A model generated the notes under the pieces. It saw only the letters and a program-made list of their open reading frames with translations, did no database searches and was not told where the DNA came from. Positions 28,933 through 38,733 of a stretch of 64,000 nt of DNA are shown here, in pieces. Where the stretch lies: positions 844-64,843 of the forward strand of contig JALNXE010000011.1 in the NCBI GenBank assembly GCA_023230525.1. The letters are read 5' to 3'. The stretch's first letter is position 1; each line of letters begins with the position of its first letter. Source of the stretch: Desulfobulbaceae bacterium (GTDB lineage: Bacteria > Desulfobacterota > Desulfobulbia > Desulfobulbales > SURF-16). The translations under genes were made by a program, and so were the position numbers.

Positions 28933-30654
28933 TTACTCGGGGACAACCCCATAGGATCTGACTATTCTTTTTCCCTCATCGCTATCAAGAAAATCGACAA
29001 ATCTTTTGGCAAAGCCGGAAATGTCCTCCCGGTAGACCAAGGCAAAGGGGACGACGAATTGATACGTGCCGTTGCTGACATTTTCAGCCGAGGGATAAAT
29101 GCCGTCCACCTTCAGGATACGCATATCCGTACCAACCGCCATGGACATGGGAACATAGCCGATGGTCCGGCGGTGTTTCATGATCGTTTTCACCGCCTCC
29201 GGGGTGTTATAGATGATCTTGGCCGTGGGATTGACAATGTCCTTAAACCCGGCAAGCTGCTTATTTAAAACAATCAGACTGGAGTCCCCCGGTTCCCGGC
29301 CCACCGCATAAATCTTTCCCGTCTCGCCACCCAGTTGACTCCAGTCGGTAATTTTACCGGAATAAATGCCGACAATTTCTGCGGAGGTGAGATTGTCAAC
29401 CCGAGTGACACTGGGATGGACAACAAAGACAACCGGGCATTTGGCGAACGGCTTGAAGTTGAGGCCTAGTTTTTCTTCACTCTCGGTTAATTGCCGGGCA
29501 ACCCTGCCCAGATCAATTTCACCGGCTGCCGCCGCTCTCACCCCGCCGCCTGAGCCGATACTTTCCGGGATATCAATTTCCCCGCCGCCAAGCTTGCCTT
29601 CCAGGGTGTTGGCCGCCTCCCGCAGCAAGGCCTGACTGTCACCGGTGCCGCTGACCACGATCTTTTGTCCGGCAAAGCCCCGCAGGACCATGTCAGCCTT
29701 GGCCAGAAAAATCGGCGGCAGCCGGTAGCCGATGGCATCGGCGGCATTGACATTGATGGTGATATAATAACGGTCCGATGTCACAATCGGAATTTCCTGC
29801 GGGTTCTTGCCTTTGGTCAGTATCTCAATGGCCGCCGGAACACAGAGCCTGCCCAGGGACGCATAATCCACCGTCACGGAAACCATGCCAACCGGACCTC
29901 CCTCCTGCGGATCTTCGACCCCCTCAACCGTACTGGAGACCACGGGCAATCTGGCCGGCCGGGTCACCTTGCCCACCCGCGACATATTTTTATAAACCTG
30001 GTCCTCGATCGGCACCCACAGGGCATCAACGCCCTGGTCAAGCAACTGTTTGACGGCGCTTTCGATCTGCTCCGCCGAATCAATGCTCGCCTCTTTCAGG
30101 GTGACCCCCATATCAGCGGCACAGTCCCGGGCACATCTGGTTTCGGCAAGGGGAACGGGATTACTGGAGCGGAAAATGACCCCGAGGGTTTTCAGGTGGG
30201 GGATTGCCTCTTTAAAGATCTTCAGTTTATTTTTGAACTCAATCCAATTGCTGCTGCCGGTGATATTGCGGCCCGATGACTGCCAGCTTTTGGCTATTCC
30301 CGTGGCCACCGGATCGGTAACGGCGGAGAAGACAATGGGGATATCGGTTATCTCCTCCATGGCCCACAGGGTCCCCTTGGTGCCGACGGTGAAGATCAGG
30401 TCCACCTTTTCCTCCTTCCAGCGGCGAATGAACTCCCTGGTTTTGGCCTCATCACCGTAAGCCCGCTTCAGGTCGATCTTGCAGGAAATTCCTGATAGCT
30501 GGATTCCTTCAATAAACCCCTGCAGGGCCTTTTCATCATGGGGCGCCTCATGCCACATCAGGATGCCGATTTTATGCGGGCCGGTATGGGCGCCGGCAAG
30601 AGGGCATGAGAACAAAATCCACAAAACGGTGAAGATCCCGGCTATGTTTCGCAT
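28933..30654 (-). CDS. secreted protein with two fused periplasmic-binding-protein domains (ABC_sub_bind-like N-terminus, PstS/PBP-like C-terminus)
   Basis: 573 aa with a signal peptide. The N half (KIGILMWHE..., FSAVTDPV) resembles the PF04392-type SBP. The C half (IVVSGTGDSQALL...FVVHPS...ITDWSQLGG) resembles phosphate-type PBPs. Confidence 0.65.
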   Translation of the reverse strand: MRNIAGIFTVLWILFSCPLAGAHTGPHKIGILMWHEAPHDEKALQGFIEGIQLSGISCKIDLKRAYGDEAKTREFIRRWKEEKVDLIFTVGTKGTLWAMEEITDIPIVFSAVTDPVATGIAKSWQSSGRNITGSSNWIEFKNKLKIFKEAIPHLKTLGVIFRSSNPVPLAETRCARDCAADMGVTLKEASIDSAEQIESAVKQLLDQGVDALWVPIEDQVYKNMSRVGKVTRPARLPVVSSTVEGVEDPQEGGPVGMVSVTVDYASLGRLCVPAAIEILTKGKNPQEIPIVTSDRYYITINVNAADAIGYRLPPIFLAKADMVLRGFAGQKIVVSGTGDSQALLREAANTLEGKLGGGEIDIPESIGSGGGVRAAAAGEIDLGRVARQLTESEEKLGLNFKPFAKCPVVFVVHPSVTRVDNLTSAEIVGIYSGKITDWSQLGGETGKIYAVGREPGDSSLIVLNKQLAGFKDIVNPTAKIIYNTPEAVKTIMKHRRTIGYVPMSMAVGTDMRILKVDGIYPSAENVSNGTYQFVVPFALVYREDISGFAKRFVDFLDSDEGKRIVRSYGVVPE

Positions 30655-30882
30655 GTCAACCCCAGCCCTCCTTTTTTATTCGAAAATTATCTCCGCAAGG
30701 TGCCCATGACCATCCTGGCCTGGCGGAACGCTCTGCCATAAATGTAACTCTATCATATGCCGGCGGCAAAGGTGAAGGTGAAGTGAAAAGAAATCGCTTG
30801 ACCGCTTTTTGTTTATGTCTTAAGCGGTTATGCGAAGTAACCCTTATGGGAAATCCTGGAAAACGGAAAAAAATACATCAAC

Positions 30883-30898
30883 TTCCAGAATTCTGGAA
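30883..30898. promoter_or_regulatory. perfect 16 bp palindrome TTCCAGAATTCTGGAA (candidate activator/UAS site)
   Basis: Perfect dyad about 150 bp upstream of the sigma-54-like element. A CTGGAA half-site recurs at about 30856. Confidence 0.4.
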
Positions 30899-31039
30899 AA
30901 CACCCCACAAAAGAAGATTGACCGCCCCCAGCGCAAGAAGGAGAAAAATATTTCCCCGCAGCCGCGCACCCCTTGACATAACAGGCCAGGCAAAGAATGA
31001 GCAGAAAAAATTCTTGACAAAATGCCCCCCTGATCCGTT

Positions 31040-31055
31040 TGGCAGGATTATTGCT
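31040..31055 (+). promoter_or_regulatory. candidate sigma-54 (-24/-12) promoter TGGCAGGATTATTGCT
   Basis: Matches TGGCAC-N5-TTGCW. The GG and GC dinucleotides are at the correct spacing. Confidence 0.4.
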
Positions 31056-31065
31056 CAATAAAGAA

Positions 31066-31325
31066 GTTGACAAGTTGATGAGCGTGTTCAAACAGGCCGT
31101 CACCATTTTCTTTTCCGCAGGGAAGGCGGAAAAGGAAGGAGAATTGAGGGGAATGACCGGTAAAGGGCTGCGCCGCAGGGTTCATGACTGTTTCAGATTT
31201 TTCAAACGGGAAGGGGAGGAAAATCTGCAATGCATGAAGGGAATGGGACTGCGCAGTTACCTTCATTTCGAATTCACAGGTAGTGGAAATGCGCCATCAT
31301 TCCTCCTCATCTCTCCTGTTTTTCT
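31066..31325 (+). ncRNA. candidate GGA-rich structured RNA (sRNA or leader) ending in a long stem plus U-tract
   Basis: At least 10 GGA motifs in 31118..31250. 31138..31156 pairs with 31297..31316 (about 18 bp with 3 bulges) and is followed by TGTTTTTCT. An internal hairpin at 31234..31266 presents GGGAAUGGGA in its loop. Confidence 0.3.
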
Positions 31326-31663
31326 GCCGGACAATTTTTTCCATCTGGCAAATTCTTCACCCATTGTGTTAAATCGCACTACCCAAACAACCCTTTTTAT
31401 CAACGGCAACATAACTGAAGCCAAAACCTCCACGGCCCTGCGGCCAGGCGGATTTCACTTGGTCCGCGCCGGAGAAACGGAGCCGGATGGCTGAGTTGCT
31501 CTCAGCGTGAGCGAAAAGAAAACAAAAGATGTCTCTGTATTTTCAAGGAGAAGGTTTTACCGGCAGCCAACTTGTCCGGATATGCCGAAAAAACAGAGAC
31601 CGCGTGTAGCACGGAAATGACTAAAAGTAATATTCGAGGAATTGACAAGAGAGGAGAAAACGT

Positions 31664-33547
31664 ATGAAAATCAAGAGAATTCAGCATCGACTGACCTATT
31701 CCATTGCCGCCCTTGCCCTGTTGGGATTTGCCGCACCCGTGTTTGCCGGAAAAGGCGCGGGGACTGGCGGCGGGACTGCGGTGACTTCCGGCGGCTCAAC
31801 AAGCACGGGCACGACCACCGTGTCGACTTCCAGCGGGACAACCAGCGGGACAACCAGCGGCACCACCGTCACTGCCCCGGCCTCCGGCGGATCAACCAGT
31901 GAAGTCAGCGAAGAAGGGTCATCCGGTGGAATGCCAAGCGATATTGAAGGACCCCTGCGGGACAAAATGTCTGATTCCGGCACTCTGTTCGGCGACCTGT
32001 ATATGCTCTACCGCTACCAGGGCGGGGAGATCAAGAAGGTGCCGGAGGTTGACGCGGCTGGCAACCCCGTCTTTGAAGAAGTTGAGTGGGTCGATCCCAA
32101 CGGCAACACCTGCACGGTGCAGCGCCAGAAATGGACAACCGCCACCGCGGTGGGCGGCGAACCAGTTTTGACCGAGGATTTCGCCACCTACACCGTCACC
32201 GATGAGGACACCGGCGCCTATGTCCCCAACCCCTTGACCGGCGACATCTACTATGCCTCCCCTTATCCCAGCCAATGCCTTCAGCCAGTGGCCGATTATG
32301 AGCGCTGGGGGGATATTTCCGCAAAAACCGGACTCGACAATAACCGCCTGCCGCTGCTGATGACCTATGACGCCACCTGGGAGCGCACCGAATGCGAGGT
32401 GCCCCACGAGCTTTTTATTGATGCGGAGACGGAAACATGGAACGACAACACCTTTTACGTGGATGTCTACCTGGATGATCTGATCGAGGAAGTTGATTTC
32501 GGCCGGCTCAACCTGAGCAGGGCGCCGGATGCCGTGCTGGATGACTCCTTTGACGAGGCCATCCGGGCCATCAACAATGCCAAGGACATGAAAATCGATG
32601 CCTCAGGCCGTCTGCTGCTGACCACCGATATCTACGACGAATTCCTGGCCGACGAGAACGGCGACCCGCTGCTGCTGGAAACCGTGGTCAAGGCCATCGA
32701 TTCGCCGAAAGAAAATCTCGCCCTCTACGTCAAGCTGATGAAGGACGGCCACCTGATCACCCCGGCCGATGACCGGATGCCGGTTGAACATTCGCTCAAC
32801 GGCGGCATCCCGGCCTGGAAACAGGTTGAGCTGGAAGACGGGCCGTCCAAGGACCTGCGGCCGACCATCGATATCGAACACGTTAAAAGTTTCGGGCTCG
32901 GCTACCTGGTGGACGCCACGGGAATCACAACCTACTACACCACCACGGACGCCGAGGGCAATCTGGTGGTTTCCGCTGAACCGTGCGCGGGCTGCGAAGA
33001 GTGGAGCGGCATCACCACCCGCTCGGATGCGGACGTCTGCGCGGCTGAGGACTTTGACTTTGCCGCCACCTTCTTCGCCTCAGCGGCGGACAAGAGCGGC
33101 ACCATCACCACCGACAAGATCGTTTATATGAACTCCATCCTGGGCATCAACAAGGTGGTGGGTTACAGCGCCTACGACGCCGATGGCAACCCGCTGCCGG
33201 ATGCCATCAATTACAGCAAGAATCCCGTTTATTTTGATTACAGCCACATGAATACCTACCACCGGCTCGACACCTTCCGCCAGCGCGGTCAAACCGTGAC
33301 CCCGGGCGGCGGCGGCCAGCCGGCCACCTATGACGGCACGGTGCGGGTTCTGGTGGAGACCTCGGCAGGTTCCGGCGATTGGCTGGAGACGGATGTGAAC
33401 ATAAACGAGAAGGTCTTCGGCGCCACCCATTACCAGGGAGGTGGGGATTTCGTCGGCTCCAACATGAAAGGCTTCACCGCCATGGGGGATGATGACCTGC
33501 ATGTCATCGGTTACATCCACACCTATCAGATCCCCGGATTGAGATAA
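31664..33547 (+). CDS. large secreted hypothetical protein with a Thr/Ser/Gly-rich linker
   Basis: 627 aa. Signal peptide ending FAAPVFA, RBS GAGGAG, a TSGT tandem-repeat linker, and an acidic body with no recognisable domain. Confidence 0.6.
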   Translation: MKIKRIQHRLTYSIAALALLGFAAPVFAGKGAGTGGGTAVTSGGSTSTGTTTVSTSSGTTSGTTSGTTVTAPASGGSTSEVSEEGSSGGMPSDIEGPLRDKMSDSGTLFGDLYMLYRYQGGEIKKVPEVDAAGNPVFEEVEWVDPNGNTCTVQRQKWTTATAVGGEPVLTEDFATYTVTDEDTGAYVPNPLTGDIYYASPYPSQCLQPVADYERWGDISAKTGLDNNRLPLLMTYDATWERTECEVPHELFIDAETETWNDNTFYVDVYLDDLIEEVDFGRLNLSRAPDAVLDDSFDEAIRAINNAKDMKIDASGRLLLTTDIYDEFLADENGDPLLLETVVKAIDSPKENLALYVKLMKDGHLITPADDRMPVEHSLNGGIPAWKQVELEDGPSKDLRPTIDIEHVKSFGLGYLVDATGITTYYTTTDAEGNLVVSAEPCAGCEEWSGITTRSDADVCAAEDFDFAATFFASAADKSGTITTDKIVYMNSILGINKVVGYSAYDADGNPLPDAINYSKNPVYFDYSHMNTYHRLDTFRQRGQTVTPGGGGQPATYDGTVRVLVETSAGSGDWLETDVNINEKVFGATHYQGGGDFVGSNMKGFTAMGDDDLHVIGYIHTYQIPGLR

Positions 33548-33575
33548 GGCCCACGGCCTTGCCGGGAATTTTACC

Positions 33576-33613
33576 GGGGCGGCTGTGCGTTATCAGAAAC
33601 GCACAGCCGCCCC
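33576..33613. terminator. strong hairpin between convergent genes
   Basis: GGGGCGGCTGTGCGT-tatcaga-AACGCACAGCCGCCCC, a 15 bp perfect stem. Confidence 0.65.
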
Positions 33614-33669
33614 GGCCTGTTGCAGGGCCGGGCCTTTCTTTCAATCCGAACTCCGGCCGCTTCAGCACC

Positions 33670-34206
33670 TCAACTGCCTCCCTCCACAACTTCGCAATCC
33701 AGCAGTTCCCCCATCGGCACCCGCTTGCGGCTGTTTATCCCCCGGACGGCGCAGTATTCTTCATTGAGCCTGGCCAGCTCCCCGTTAAAGGGATCAATAA
33801 AAAAAAGCTCCCGCTGGTCAAAAGCATAATCATCGGCAAAATTAAGGGGGCAGGCGGAAACCTCTATCGCCTGCCGCTCATCATCCACATAGGCAATGGG
33901 CAAACCATGGGTGCGGCAGATGATTGGTCTGCGCTGATACACCACGCACAGCCGGTCAACCAGCAGCGGGCATGAGGGGGCCCCCGCCCGGGCCTGTACC
34001 TTCTTTTTTACCTGTCCATCCAGCCGGCCAACGGCCTGCCGGAGCAGCTCCGCCTCCAGGGGCAGCACGGATGAGATGGCGCAGCACTGTGAGCAGCCGG
34101 GCGCGCAATGCAGCCGGGCCCCATGCAGTTCCGCTGTTTTTTTTATCTCTTCGTCAACCCTGCAGACGAGATCAAGGTATTGCTGCCGCAAATCCCGCTC
34201 GGTCAT
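33670..34206 (-). CDS. YkgJ/UPF0153-type Cys-cluster (zinc/iron-chelating) protein
   Basis: ORF 33670..34314 trimmed to MTERDLRQQY (ATG at 34206). It contains the CAPGCSQCC motif plus additional Cys residues (CPLL, CRTHG, CPLNF). Confidence 0.6.
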   Translation of the reverse strand: MTERDLRQQYLDLVCRVDEEIKKTAELHGARLHCAPGCSQCCAISSVLPLEAELLRQAVGRLDGQVKKKVQARAGAPSCPLLVDRLCVVYQRRPIICRTHGLPIAYVDDERQAIEVSACPLNFADDYAFDQRELFFIDPFNGELARLNEEYCAVRGINSRKRVPMGELLDCEVVEGGS

Positions 34207-34850
34207 TTCTCTTTTCTCCCCAATACCAGTGCCGGCAGATGGAGAACCCGCGCCGGCGCTTTCCGGACATGCGCGCTCAACCGCTCCAAAGAGGCAGCTC
34301 CAGCACACTATCACAATGTATCTCTGTCAAAAAATCCTGTAACAGCCATACTGACAACAGCTGCAACGCACCTATTATAACAGGCGATAAATAAAATTCT
34401 TTTATTTTCAAACATATTTTATTTGCTTTTTAGGTATTTCTACTTATACAATTAATCCTGCCCAGACTTAACACTTGTTAATAACGGCCAGCCCATCAGA
34501 AATGAACATGATTATTTTTTTTATAATTGCATTTCGTCTTTTACTGCGCGCATAATGGAACATATTTGAACAAATTGACCGGCCAGCAGGTTTGGACATA
34601 ATGATTTGCCCGCAATGCTCACCTTGTACCAGCCAGCCAAACCTTGGAAGCGTATGAGTGCTCTTCCCCACCCCGCCCCTGTGAGAATAGTCCAGCCAAA
34701 AGCCAATGCTGTTCAGGCTTTCGCGGATTCCGCTCACCTTCTCCGCAACCGACGGGCAACAGGATCTGCCTTGAGCAATCCGTAATTGCTTTTTTTGCAC
34801 CTATTAAAAAAAACAGCAATTACATATCCATAACATAAGGAGGGAAACTT

Positions 34851-37800
34851 ATGGAAATCAGCAGGAGAGGATTTTTATCCATGTCCGGCGCCATTGGATC
34901 GGGGGTGGCTCTATCCACACTCGGCCTGGACCTGACTGCCCTGAAGGCGCATGCCGCGGAAGTGACCAAGATGGACCGTCTGCGCACGGCCAAACAGACG
35001 ACCACCATCTGCTGTTACTGTTCCGTCGGCTGCGGCCTGATCTGCAGCACCGACAAACTTACCGGGAAAATCTTCAACATCGAAGGCGACCCGGACCATC
35101 CCATCAACGAAGGATCGCTGTGCTCCAAGGGAGCGGGCCTTTTCGGGCTGACCGAGGCCAACGAACACCGCCTGCGCAAGGTACATTACCGGGCGCCGAA
35201 GAGCGACAAGTGGGAGGAAAAGGACTGGGATTGGACGCTGAAGAGAATCGCCCGCCTGGTCAAGGATGCCCGGGATAAGGACTTTATCACCCGCAATGCC
35301 AAGGATCAGGAAGTGAACCGGGTGGAGACCATCGGCCATCTCGGCACCTCGAACATCAACAACGAAGAATGCTGGCTGCTCAGCATGTCCTGCCGGGCCA
35401 TGGGGCTGGTCTACATCGACCACCAGGCCCGCGTCTGACACAGCCCCTCTGTTGCGGCTCTGGGAGAGTCGTTCGGTCGGGGTTCGATGACAAACCATTA
35501 CATTGATTTAAAAAACAGTGACTGCATCCTCATCATGGGCAGTAACGCGGCGGAGCATCATCCCATCGCCTTCAAATGGATCCTGCGCGCCAAAGAGGAA
35601 AGAAATGCCCGGATCGTCCATGTCGATCCGCGCTACACCAGAACTTCAGCCCGCTGCGATTACCATGTCCCCCTACGCTCGGGCACGGATATCGCCTTTC
35701 TCGGCGGTATGATCAAATATATTATCGAGAACAATCTCATCCAGGAAGAGTACGTCAAGCATTATACCAACGCAGCGATGCTGGTCAATCCGACCTACGA
35801 ATTCAAGGATGGGCTCTTTTCCGGATTCGACAAGGAAAAAGGGCAGTACAACAAAGACTCCTGGACCCTGGAAAAAGACGAAAAGGGTATCCCCGTCCAA
35901 GACCTGACCCTGGAAAATCCCCGTTGCGTCTACCAGATGCTGAAACAGCATTACTCCCGCTACACCCTGGACAAGGTTTCTTCCGTCACGGGCGTTTCCA
36001 AGGAAAATCTGCTCAAGGTCTATAACGAATACGCCGCAACAGGCGCCAGGGACAAGGCGGGCACCATCTGCTACGCCCTGGGCTGGACCCACCATACGGT
36101 GGGCAGCCAGAATATCCGCACCATGTCCATCATCCAGCTGCTGCTGGGCAACATCGGCATCTGCGGCGGCGGGGTCAACGCCCTGCGCGGCGAGCCGAAC
36201 GTGCAGGGTTCGACGGACATGTGCATTCTTTATAATCTCCTTCCCGGTTATCTGAAAATGCCATCCGGTTCACTGGATACCCTGGCGAAGTATATGGAGA
36301 AGTATACCACCAAGACCAGCGCCCCCCAGTCGGCCAACTGGTATCAGAATTATCCGAAATACACCGTCAGTTTCCTTAAATCCTTTTTCGGGGACAAGGC
36401 CGTGCCGGAAAACGACTTCGGTTACTCCTGGCTGCCCAAAATAGACGACGGCAAGCATTACTCGCTGATGCACCTGTTCGACAAGATGTACGAGGGCGGC
36501 ATCAAGGGGATGTTCGCCTATGGCACCAACCCGGCCTGCAGCGCCCCGAATACGACCAAGACCCGCAAGGCCCTGGAAAAGCTGAACTGGCTGGTCTGCG
36601 TCAATATCTTTGACAACGAAACCTCCTCCTTCTGGAAAGGGCCGGGCGTTGATCCCCACAAAAACGAAACCGAGGTGTTCCTCCTGCCCGCGGCGGCCAG
36701 CCCGGAAAAGGAGGGCAGCCAAAGCAACAGCGGCCGCTGGATCCAGTGGAAGAACAAGGCCGGCAACCCTCCTGAAGACGCCATGTCGGACGGCGACATC
36801 ACCATGCGCATCATGGATGCCGTGCGCGAGCTTTATGCCAAGGAAGGCGGCGTGTTTCCGGAACCCATCCTCAACCTGAAATGGGATTACCGGGACCCCA
36901 AGGGTAAATTTGACGTGCTGAAGACCTCCAAACAGATCAACGGTTACTTTGTCAAAGAGGTGGTCATTGAAGACGCGGCCAAGGGCACCAAGGAGATCAA
37001 TCCGAAAGGTGATCTGGTACCGACCTTCGGCAAGCTGATGGCCGACGGCTCCACCTCCTGCGGCTGCTGGGTCATGTCGGGCAGCTTCGACCAGAAGGGA
37101 GAAAACAAGATGGCCAAGCGCGGCAAGGCAGACCCCACCGGGCTCGGCCTCTACCCCGACTGGTCCTATGCCTGGCCCCTGAACCGGCGGATCATTTACA
37201 ACCGGGCCTCCTGCGATCTCACCGGCAAGCCTTTCAATCCCAAGATGAAACTGCTGGAGTGGACGGGTGACAAGTGGGTCGGCGATGTGGCCGACGGCCC
37301 CTGGCCGCCGGTGGCTGATCTGGAAAAAGGCAAGCTGCCCTTTATCATGAAGCCGGACGGCGTGGCCTCGATCTTCGGGGCCGGCATGGTCGAGGGCCCC
37401 TTCCCGGAGCACTATGAACCCCTGGAAGGGCCCCTGACGCAGAATCCTCTGTCCGGCCAGCTGGTCAATCCGACCATCACCATCTTCAAAAGCGATCTGG
37501 ACAAGGTCGCCAATGCGGACCAGAAGTATCCCTTTGTCTGCACGAGCTATTCCGCCACGGAACACTGGTGCACCGGTGCCCTCACCCGCTGGCAGCCCTG
37601 GCTTTCCGAGATGCAGCCCGAGGCTTATGTGGAGGTGGGCGAGAAACTGGCAGGGCAACTGGGGATCAAAAACGGCGAACGGGTCAACGTGACTTCCATC
37701 CGGGGAAGCGTCAAGTGTGTGGCCATGGTCACCAAACGTTTCCAGCCGTTTATCGTGGAGGGCAAGGTTGTGCATCAGGTAGGGCTGCCATTTAACTACG

Positions 37801-37919
37801 GCTGGCTCTACCCGGAAGATTCCGGCGATTCGGCCAATTTTCTGACCATAGCCGTCGGTTGCCCTAATACCTTTTGCCCCGAGTATAAGGCATTCATGGT
37901 TAACATCGCTAAGATATAG
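34851..37919 (+). CDS. fdnG: formate dehydrogenase (FDH-N type) catalytic alpha subunit, selenocysteine-containing, Tat-exported
   Basis: ORFs 34851..35438 and 35487..37919 are in the same frame, separated by TGA at 35436..35438 in the context IDHQARV-U-HSPSVAALGESFGRGSMTNHY. This is the conserved Sec site of FdnG/FdoG. Tat signal MEISRRGFLS. 4Fe-4S motif CCYCSVGCG. Confidence 0.9.
35454..35472 (+). promoter_or_regulatory. candidate SECIS hairpin
   Basis: GCGGCUCU-GGG-AGAGUCGU. An 8 bp stem including G-U pairs, with the G-rich apical loop 24-26 nt after the UGA. Confidence 0.4.
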
Positions 37920-37932
37920 GGGGATTAAGGAT

Positions 37933-38733
37933 ATGAACGGATTAGAACTCGTAAAGTTAATTGATATTTCCCGCTGCACCGCCTGCCGCGGCTGCCAGGT
38001 CGCCTGCAAGCAGTGGAACGAATTGCCGGCCTCCAAGACCCGCAACACCGGCAGCTACCAGAACCCGCCGGATCTGCAGTGGAACACCTGGACGCTGATC
38101 CGCTTCCAGGAGTATGTCGATCAGAAGGGTACGCTGAAATGGCTGTTCCGCAAGGATGGCTGCATGCACTGCACCGATGCGGCCTGCGTCAAGGTCTGTC
38201 CCACCGAAGCCCTGTATCACACGGATTTCGGCTCCGTGGGCATCAACTATGACCGCTGCATCGGCTGCAAGGAATGCATCACCGCCTGTCCTTTCGGAGT
38301 GCCGAAATTTAACAGCGCGACCAACAAGATCTACAAATGCGACCTCTGCCAGACCAGGCTCCGGGCGAATCAGCCCCCGGCCTGCGTTCTCTCCTGCCCC
38401 ACTGGCGCGCTGCAGATCGGCGCCAAGGACGCGATGCTCAAGAAGGCCTATCAGCGCGCCAAGGAACTGGGCGGCGACGCGGCGGTGTATGGCGACAAGT
38501 TTGTCGGCGGCACCCACGTGATCTACGTGCTGCCGGAAAAAGCAGCGGTTTATGACAAACTGCCGGAGAAGCCGGCTGTGCCCCTGTCCATCATTGCCTG
38601 GAAGGATGTCCTGAAGCCAATGGGGCTTATTGCCACCGGCGGCGTGGTGGCCGGAGTGTTCCTCCACTACATCACGCATGGGCCGAAGAATCCGGATGAG
38701 GGAAATGGCAACGAAAAAGGGGGTGAGATATGA
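37933..38733 (+). CDS. fdnH: formate dehydrogenase iron-sulfur (beta) subunit
   Basis: 266 aa. Four ferredoxin-type Cys clusters (CTACRGCQVAC, CMHCTDAACVKVCP, CIGCKECITACP, CDLC...CVLSCP) and a C-terminal TM helix. Confidence 0.9.
   Translation: MNGLELVKLIDISRCTACRGCQVACKQWNELPASKTRNTGSYQNPPDLQWNTWTLIRFQEYVDQKGTLKWLFRKDGCMHCTDAACVKVCPTEALYHTDFGSVGINYDRCIGCKECITACPFGVPKFNSATNKIYKCDLCQTRLRANQPPACVLSCPTGALQIGAKDAMLKKAYQRAKELGGDAAVYGDKFVGGTHVIYVLPEKAAVYDKLPEKPAVPLSIIAWKDVLKPMGLIATGGVVAGVFLHYITHGPKNPDEGNGNEKGGEI

Noticed and set aside
31039-31494. 151 aa ORF (and 30783..31061) in the 1 kb intergenic region
   Set aside because: It has a non-ATG start, no RBS and an odd composition, and it overlaps the purine-rich/pyrimidine-rich pairing segments. 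It is better explained as non-coding. Translation cannot be fully excluded.
34315-34850. Possible Moco riboswitch or other riboswitch upstream of the fdn operon
   Set aside because: The context is plausible for a Moco RNA motif, but I could not find the conserved sequence blocks I recall. Only a weak hairpin (AGCAAT/ATTGCT plus T-run at about 34772..34797) is visible. An Infernal scan is needed.
34851-35438. Treating 34851..35438 and 35487..37919 as two genes or as an fdnG pseudogene
   Set aside because: They share the same frame, and the TGA sits at the conserved Sec position (QARV-U-HS). I called a single selenoprotein gene instead.
36270-38048. 592 aa minus-strand ORF across fdnG/fdnH
   Set aside because: Antisense shadow of the unambiguous formate dehydrogenase genes.
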